A stretch of DNA of 64,000 nucleotides from positions 1,930,954 through 1,994,953 of the forward strand of contig CM120644.1 in assembly GCA_051362555.1 (NCBI GenBank). The letters run 5' to 3'. The position numbers and the translations under genes were made by a program. This DNA is from Lingula anatina. Its lineage: Eukaryota; Animalia; Brachiopoda. The notes under the pieces were generated by a model that saw nothing but the letters and a program-made list of their open reading frames with translations, ran no database searches and was not told where the DNA came from. Within the stretch, counting starts at the first letter, position 1. Each line of letters begins with the position of its first letter. Below are positions 55,365 to 64,000 of this stretch, piece by piece.

Positions 55365-57749
55365 ATGTTGCCAGAAGCCATGATGCAAAGCGAAAAAGAA
55401 GTCTCGCAGCCTCAGGTTACCATAGTAACCCCCGAGAAGCAGCGAAACAACACGAAGAAATACGTGATCATCGCCGCAGTGGTGGTGATCGTGGTGTCCA
55501 TCTCGGCGACACTTTTGGCCATCGGCATCACTCAGAGGTCAACGGTCGAACTCATGAAGGTCAGCTTCCTTTACTAAGTTTCCTTTTTCAAATCAGGATG
55601 GAGCTTTGTCAAGACGTGTTTATCACATATTTGCAAATGGTGTCACGTCTTTTCAATTTAAGTTTAACAAAATTCAGCAACGAAAATGTTTTTGTAATAG
55701 AGAGTCCAATACTCAAAGTTTTTCGTTTCGTTTCTCTCTACTTGAGGTATTCCCTGTTAAAAGAGAACTCTGTATGGAAAGAGTATAAACATAATGCCTA
55801 CCGTTATAAATGTTTTGTTTGTGAAATGATCAACTCATAAGCCTCAATTTTATCTCAGGTCTTCCAAATTGCCTTCAAAGACGGCAACAAAGAATTAAAG
55901 CAGCAAGTGGAGATCAGCACCGTAGACAAAATGGAGGCTCTCCACACTCTCCCAGGGGACGGGAACGCCGAGACTTTCGTTCTCCACGACTACAAATCTG
56001 TAAGTTTTGACTCATTGTGACCGAAAATTATATATATATGATAATAATAATAATAATAATAGTATAGTGTAAAATAAAATACCACGACTGGGGACCCATA
56101 ACCCTGCGCAGACCTACGGATATAAATTTAAAATATATAAGTTGTAATATATAGGATTTTGTGGTAACATGCCTGCAGAGTTTTAAATCTTAATGTAGTC
56201 CTTGGCCTTTCCCTGAGATATCGTGTGCATACAAATATCGTGACATCTCTTTTAACCTTATGATTGATTCATAACAATATTTTGGTATTTTATTTGAATT
56301 AATACCTGTTGGAATTTTAGGGAAAATTCGCCATGAAATTCGCAGACGATGGATCCTGTTACCTTCGTGACATGTCCAGCAATATGGCGGCTGCAGATCT
56401 GTCAGAGGTGGAACGCGAGTTTCAGAGAGCAGAGGTAATGTTCATTATCAAGTATTAATTACATGTTGAATACTAAAACACGGGAGTAACAAATATTGAA
56501 AGACTCGTTAGCTACAGTTGATATAGCTTTGTAATATTCCTTCTCTTTTGAACAATCAATGGTCAAAGATAAAATCTTCCAGATTCCTGATTTGCATTGA
56601 AAATAAATGATTTTTTTGTTTAGAGTTAGTAAATTTTTGCAAACTAAGCAGTGAAAATATCACTAACAATAACTGAATAGATAAAAATAATAGGCCTACC
56701 GTATGCAATAACATTTGCAATAATCATAAATTTGTCGTTGTATTTCAGAAATCTGGCGCCAGCATAAATGGCGAGACACACGCCTATTTCAAGGCCGTCC
56801 ACGATAAAGTTGACCGCGGAACACTCTCTGACGCCATCTTGGACTTCTGCGACGGTCTAAAGATCCAGCTTCTTCAGCAGACATCAAAAGAAAACGCCAC
56901 TGGTAAGAATTCGTCATTTTCACCAAACCCCAATTGACAAAGAGCTCACAAAAATCGCCCTCTACTTTTATTTACTTACCCCTGTACTTTTTCCATCAGT
57001 TGCCTATATTATTATCATTTTTTCCGAATCAGCTCAAAATAAGGCGATGGGAAAATTCACCAAATGATCCCTTTAAATATTTTGTTTTTCAAGTAATACC
57101 TACATGTATACCAGGTTGTAATACCCCTCAGAACAATGCATTACTTGTATGGAAAACTCACAACATTAATCGTAATATTCATACACTTTCAGCTTCGACT
57201 GAAGTCAAATCCAGAAAGCGCAGACAGACCCTGCCACGATTCAGCGCCTACGCAAACAGAGTTTTCAACAACCTCAATGCTCGTCTCGGACAAATCGGCG
57301 GAAAGAAATCTGGCGGCGATGTCGACACAGCATCTGTCGGAGTCCAAGGAGGTCCACTAGGAGGCCCAGGGTTTGGCGGCCCAGGCCCCGTGGATCCTGG
57401 TTTTGGCGGTCCAGGCCCCGTGGGTCCTGGTTTTGGCGGTCCCGGCCCTGTGGGTCCAGGTCCACGTGGCCCAGGACCTGCTGTTGGAGGCGGACCAGTC
57501 AAGGGACCTGCTGTCGACCCATATGCCCCAAAGAACACCGAAGGTTGCTTTGAACAATCGGCTTGTAAGGTGAGAGAGGGGTGCGTCGTGAAAACTGAGC
57601 GCACCTGCGCCGACTATGGATGGTTTTTCGGCAATAGAGGGGGCGTCGGTCGTGGCAGACGCCTTGGAGACCCCAAGTGCCTGAAGTGGGAATACAATGA
57701 CGTCAAGGACTGTGTTACAGTGAGAAACTGCGAGGAGATCTGCACATAG
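55365..57749 (+). CDS. BRICHOS-domain precursor B, tandem paralog of A with a longer PGFGGPGPVG repeat
   Basis: Exons 55365-55559, 55859-55999 (ETFVLHDYK), 56321-56434 (DGSCYLRDM), 56749-56902 (LSDAILDFCDG) and 57193-57749 (RKRR|QTLPRF..8 Cys). Intron positions and phases are the same as in A. Confidence 0.9.
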
Positions 57750-58448
57750 ATGACGTCACAGCGGCGATGGCGTATTTTTTTTAAATACTCGATATCTGAA
57801 CTTCTTAAAAAGACGACAAATTTAACCCCACTTTTGCCATTGTGAATTAGAGAATACAGGGAATGGGGAAATGACTTACTGGATCATGAAGCTTACAGTT
57901 GGATGAGATGACCACGTTTGTGATTCAACTATGTAGAATATTGTGATAAAATGCGATAAAAATTTCCTCGACTGCATGTGTAGTTTTGTATTTCAGGGCA
58001 ATGTCTTTGTTTTCAAATGTTGTTGCGTGTATTGAATGTTTCACTATTTTAACACAACACTTGCATACAGTGTATTAGTGTATATTTATATCTTTTTTGG
58101 GGTTTTAGATGAAATAATAAATTATATACAAAACCCATTCATCGCACTTCTTTGTTATTTTCTATAGAAGGTAATTGCACATTTGGAGACGTTTCTCTCC
58201 CATGATATTGATCTAACAGCAAATAAACTGATAGAGATCGACAAATGGCTGAAGATAAATAACCTATTTAAAAAAAGAAAACCGCACGTTTCTTTCTCGA
58301 TTTAGAACAAAATGCTGTACTTGGGTTACTCCCTATCGCGTTTTACGACCCTGACGGGTAGAAGCTAACGAGCTTTATTCAGATCATTCACATTACCGTG
58401 GCGACGCTGAGCTTTTCGGTCACCTTATCGCTACATCCTGCGATATTA

Positions 58449-59000
58449 CAGGCCTTCCCAACTACCAGACTTGGCACCTAAGGATCCTGAATTAACCGGT
58501 ATATCGGACCACGCTACCCGTTTTCAAGGTGTGTGTCAGATTGCATTTCGGAGTATCACACCCCAGAACAAATTTTGTAGCACGACTGCGGGCTCATCCA
58601 CGCTCGGCTGAACAACCTTAAACTGTACTCTTACTTCAGAGTACTCTATTTTATTGTCTCTATGGGGATATATGTGGACTTAACGACATTCGGTTTGAAT
58701 GTTTTAACCACTTTTGATAGGGCTTTTTTTTGCATTGTATTAGATTAATGTGGCAGTCAAAGGTTCATCTAGGTGGCTTTCAAAATTATGATCCCGGTTT
58801 AAAATCATATAGCGATTTTACGACAATCGTTTACTATCCAATCAAGGTGACAGCCGAGCATGCCAGGGCTCATCCTGTCGGTGTTCTGGCTGATACTCCG
58901 AAATGCGATCTGACACACACCTTGAAAACGGGTAGTGTGGTCCGATATACCGGTTAATTCAGGACCCTTAGGTGCCGAGTCTGGTAGTTGGGTAGGCCTG
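58449..59000. mobile_element. MITE with about 110-bp TIRs and TA target duplication
   Basis: caggccttcccaactaccagacttggcacctaagg...ggagtatca is mirrored at 58891-59000, with TA on both sides. Confidence 0.9.
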
Positions 59001-59981
59001 TATTAGGTGCATGATCTCTTTGCGATGAAAATGCTGCGTTTACTGCGGTTACTTTATGTCAAAAGGCCTCATTACAGGAGAGCGAACGCGTTCGGCCAAT
59101 TTTATATAATTTTATTTAAGCACATATTTGTTTAATAAGAGAAGACAATTTGACATGGTAATTCAATCATATTACAGTTAAGTTCTTGCAGTTTATAATT
59201 TGCCTTAAAATGAATATCACGTTCAAATATTGTTATAATTCTGAAGTTTACATAATATGTTTGCATAATAGAATACATGTGCACTTAAAGCAATACTTTT
59301 TGCTGCATTTCACAAAACTCCAAAACTATAAGCTAGGCTAAAATCCGATAAAAGACGGCTGTAAAAATCCACGTACAACAAGTCACTATCACAATAGATG
59401 TATGTGAAACTAAACACTTGCACACAGCAGTTAGTGAGTGATTGAAAATCTCATTAAATAACTTTAGTAAATGGGTTAAACAGATAAAACAGTCCAACGT
59501 ATCTTAAACTATAATAATAATTAAATAACTATAACAATACAAAAATGACATCATTTAAGAAAAAAGGCAACTAGTATTTAAAAAAGATAACATCTAAAGC
59601 AAACCCCAATCAGTACGCTTTAAGTTTATCAATGTTTCTATCCCAAGATACGAGTCTCCGGGTCATCCATATTGTATCTTGGTTATTGCACATTACAAAG
59701 AGCAATGTACAGGAGGCAAAGTGCTCTTAAATGACAGCCTGATGGTCAAAGCCTCATTGGAACACTATGTTCCATCAGCCCACAGATAGATACATAGGAT
59801 ATATAGCTTGTTCTTGAGGAGCGCAGCGAGAACAGTTATTGCCCACTGAGGTAAGCAATACCGCAATGAAAGTATACGCCCATAAGCCATCGGCTGTTTA
59901 GACCAACAAGTACCACCAGTGATTGGGAACAGCAGTCTGGCAACAAGCAGTCTAAGCGTAGTGTGTGAACCGTGCTGTGGT

Positions 59982-62900
59982 TTACATGGCTGACTGACGC
60001 CTTAGTAGCACTCGTACCATCTCCTCTGTAATAAAACATCCGCTGGTCAAATAGGTGACGTAACTGCCACTATACTACTACTACTACTTATGGATTCTCT
60101 TAGCATGTTAAGGGTTATCGTTGTGTATATTTCACATACCCAAGAAATATGGACAGGAATATTTGATGTATACATATGTTTTATTTGTTTTTAAAAGCAT
60201 TTAAAGGACAGCCTTTAAATAATGAATGGATAAATTGTCATTACGGCTAGCAAATCTATAAAGATTATGTTGCATTACATTAAAAATAATTTTAAAAAAA
60301 TTTTTGTGATGGTAATTGAGGTCTTCATATATCTAAAACAAAAAGCATTTCATAATTGTTCTCTTCGCACAGAGTGGTTTACCTTTTTTGCACACCAGAG
60401 TTATCAAACTCTTGTTGTATACCCATGGCTGCTGTGAAACCTCGACCTTGACCTTTGACCCCGGAAGTACATCTTTTACAACACCGGTGTGGCCTAAAGA
60501 CTGAAATTCGATAAAGAGTTACAAATCACATCACTTCCATGAATAGAAAGGCATATGAAACCTCATTTTAATTGACTAATTGATGGTCACCACCAAATTC
60601 TAATCGATTAGAAGTGAGCCCATTTCTGACCAATCCTGAACATTTTATCAAAATCCGTAACAACGGGACTGTGAACTAACAAACCAAGCCAAAATCAAAC
60701 CTATGGGAGGTAGAGCTGTTAGCGCTTGTTGAAATACTGCATTCCACTTCAACTAAAATGTTTTTAACGATCGAACCTGAGATAATTTTGTTTTCAGAAA
60801 ATAATTGAGGATGTCATCCTCCACTTAACCATCTTGTACAAAACAAAATCTATATATAGATGCATAGGTGGTTGATCATCAAATAAATAACTATACAAAC
60901 ACATAAATAAACAAATAAATACCTTCTCCATGCCCGCTGCCCAACCGCCATGATCCTGTTGTAGGAGCCGTGCCTCCTGCTCAGAGACAGGCCGTATGAG
61001 GACAAAGTCGCCAGTCTCTAAATCATCAATTCCCGTCTCTTCCTCCTCGTCTTTAATTAGAACTTCGGGATTCAGGGCCCAGCTAAATAAAATAAATAAA
61101 TAGACAAATAGATAATCAAGAAAATAAATAAATACATAATCGTTTATATTAATAATACACCCTTCTCCCATAAGTCTCATTTCAATAAGCAGTTCAGAAT
61201 TCGGGAGAAGAAATAAGACACGAAACACGTGACCCGTGCTTTTAAACGCGTTTTTGAGCATCGGTGATCTCTATTTCTGAATGAATGTACGTGACACTAG
61301 GACTGGTAAGGAGGGGATGAGTTGGGTAAAGATAGTATATAACCAGTTTCTGAGTGTCACATCTGACAAAAGACTCATCAGAAAGCTTACTAACATTTCC
61401 AGGAATAATAAGAACTGCATGCGAACTATAAAAAAATGCATCATCTATAATTTCAACGACACCCCCTTACAGTCATTGTCTGTGTCATTTCGCATCGTTT
61501 TAAAATTACAATTACAGATAAAACATCGCTCCCCTGTACAGAGAAAATGATGAATGTCCCCTAGTGGTGGCTTACTACAGCAGGTGTCGTTTGGGTATAC
61601 ACGGCATGCATGTCTTAAAACCCTGGTCTTGGCAATGTTTAGTGGATATTGTTTACTATATGGCCCTCCAAACAAGCTCGCTACTACTTATGACATTTAA
61701 CGGCTTTGATCAATGTTCTTTAGTAGAAGGTATACTTACGTGTCTCCGTTGACGAATTCAACACGGACATTGCCGAACTCCAAGCGGTTTACGAGTCCTT
61801 TAACCCCAAGACTCTGTCCAAAATATAAAATACAATCGTTCTATTCAGGCTGGGTTAAACGTACTTGTGTATAACTACATTTTTGGCTTACCTTAAAGAG
61901 TTAAAGCAAAAACCAGTTCTGTAATTGTGATGTGATTATACCCCTATTGCGCAATGTTATCCTTAATACCGTCAATTCTGGGAAAACTATTCATCCACAT
62001 GTTTAAATGCATTGGACAATGCGCTTTACTAGAAAGATATGAGGAAGAAACACTAATTTTTTCGCGGTTGTCTCAAATAACAATGTTTTTCTTTAAACAA
62101 AATTAACCAATTACAGCTCTGGCGCAATTACAGCAATAAAATATTTTTTTACCAATTTCATCCTCTCATTCCACCCGCCATGCCCCTCCTGTAAAAGTTT
62201 CACGATCTCTTCTTCGTCCGAAAGTTTAACGATGTCATATTTCTTAAACAACCCCTCCACGGCCACGTCTCTATGTTTGCCCATACTCAGAAGTACACTC
62301 TTTTGGAAATCGTCTAAATCCTCACTTGTATCTTCGTCTGCTTCTATTTTCCTTAATGCTTTAGCATTGTAGCTCCATCTGAATAAATGGATAGTTGGGA
62401 TTTAAAAAAAAACAAGCTTTTCGTGCTATTGAAATCTATGTGAGATTAGTTCAGTTAGAGGACTTGACGATGTTGGAAAAAAATTTATAAAGGGAGATAA
62501 ATAGGAAGAGCAATCATTTATCTAGGCTTAACTTTTTCCGAGGTCACTTCAGTCAACCTTACGGAGGGAACATGAACTGCTTTTCAAATGAATTTAGAAA
62601 AATAAATTTAAAAAAAACAACACGTTTAATTGTGAGTTTTAGGCCAAAGATATAGCCCACTATGGCTTTAACTTAGTGCTGGTAGTAGATCTGAAATGAC
62701 ATATCGCGTAGTCTTTATATTAGAAAAAACAAAAAAGCCTTATGTTTATGGTGTAATACTTAGGGATCTATTAGTGATCATAATTTATTCAAAATTGAAG
62801 TGTATAAAATATTCTACAGTAAGATGAGTGCAACTGTTATACTTACGTTCTAGACTTAAGTCGACTTCAACGTAAAAAAATGACATTTAATCATTTATGT

Positions 62901-63420
62901 CAACTTACCCGGCGCCGTCGCCGAATCTAACCTGCACATTTCTTCGCGATTTACTTTCTACTTTTCCTTTCACTCCCAGATACTGAAATGAGAAAAAAAT
63001 ACGTCGTCCCTAGACTAAAGAGTTTGGAGACAGAAATTAAAACTGACAATGGTACACAATTTACATCGAGTTTGAGACACAGTTTCCAGGGGCAAACAAA
63101 GAAGTCAGATAATAATTTAACAAACATCAGGACGACTTTTAATGGTAACACTTTGGGAAAAACGAGATAATGAAAAAAAAAAACAAAACAAAAAAAACAA
63201 AAAAAAAAAAAAAAACAACAAAAAAACAAAAACAAAAAAAAAAAAAAAAAACAGTAAATTATTTAAAATGTATAAAAAATTGACAATTAAGGAGTGTGGA
63301 TATTCGTGTCTTATTAGGACGTACGTGTTTCATCCGTGTGTTCCAACCCCCATGGTTTTCTTGAAGTCTCTTCACTTTCTCCTCATCTGAATCAATCTCT
63401 ACACGATCTCCCTTTTGGAG
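59982..63420 (-). CDS. 3' part of a gene with three tandem Mind-bomb REP (SH3_15-like) repeats; 5' end outside the window
   Basis: Exons 63420-63325, 62982-62909, 62378-62153, 61813-61740, 61082-60923, 60500-60383 and 60025-59982. Three copies of a (G)DxV..LQxxHGGW..M..LGxxGxV..VxV..WxxN pattern, then a stop. Confidence 0.85.
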
Positions 63421-63559
63421 CTGTAAATTGACACATACAAAGGAATATAATCAACCAAAACATGGGTGAATAGATCAAGAAAAAAATATATAATCACATA
63501 GATTAAGGCCCCTTTCAGAATGGATGATCTGAGTGCTTATTGATCCGCCGACTAAAAAT

Positions 63560-63743
63560 GGCCGACCACAGTTGTAAAGCGATGCTGCTAATTCCTGATG
63601 GTCTCCACGCCTCCACACGCGCCGTCGCTGCAGGGGCCTAGCAATTACACCTCGGAGCAGAGATTTCATCCGTTTAAAGGCGCGTGTGGAGTCGGGGAGA
63701 CCATCTGGAATCAGCGGCGTCGCTTTTAAACTGAGGTCGGCCT
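63560..63743. repeat. Palindromic (inverted-repeat) MITE fragment
   Basis: ggccgaccacagtt..ctccacacgcgcc pairs with ggcgcgtgtggag..aactgaggtcggcc. Confidence 0.65.
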
Positions 63744-64000
63744 ATAAAACAAAACAAAACAAAACAAAACAAATAATGAATAAAAAATGAACAAAATAAA
63801 AACCAAAAACATTGTAAAATTGTAAATGAAATATGTTTCATTAATTATTCATGTAAACAGTAAAACATTGTATCATAATTATTATAACTGATAATGATAA
63901 GCAAAAAACAAATCACAAATCAACATCAAAATCGAAATTGCGCATGGTATATTTTCTGTGATCATGAAGTCATGGGCAACATATACGGGTATTTTGGCGC

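Noticed and set aside
56934-57192. N-terminal part of the 271-aa ORF
   Set aside because: Intron read-through. The exon starts at the acceptor at 57193, matching paralog A.
57248-57604. Collagen-like minus-strand ORF, or a collagen call for the BRICHOS genes
   Set aside because: Antisense shadow of the Gly-Pro repeat. The sense repeat lacks a sustained Gly-X-Y register.

Overview
Eukaryotic, AT-rich animal genomic DNA with spliceosomal introns; probably a marine bilaterian invertebrate, likely lophotrochozoan (inference from gene content only). Most of the ORF track is noise. Real genes were reconstructed by hand from GT-AG exons with consistent phases. Contents in order: (1) an 18-exon ACSF2-like adenylate-forming enzyme with strongly altered substrate and thioester motifs; (2) a small secreted cationic protein with a 4-Cys chitin-binding-like domain; (3) a secreted SUEL-lectin plus 2x PAN/apple protein; (4) a CIDE-N plus SAMD3-like gene whose introns carry several transposons; (5) a miR-375 hairpin with a candidate host transcript; (6) two tandem BRICHOS-domain precursor genes; (7) the 3' end of a gene with three Mind-bomb REP (SH3-like) repeats. 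Transposons include a LINE RT fragment, a pogo derivative with a PHD finger, a Tc1 fold-back, Harbinger and other MITEs, and a Penelope-like repeat with a possible hammerhead core. The best candidate for a new system is the BRICHOS pair: each furin-released product is an amphipathic helix, a Gly-Pro repeat and a conserved, near-neutral 8-Cys domain, and both genes share a kB/ETS-like plus TATA promoter layout.
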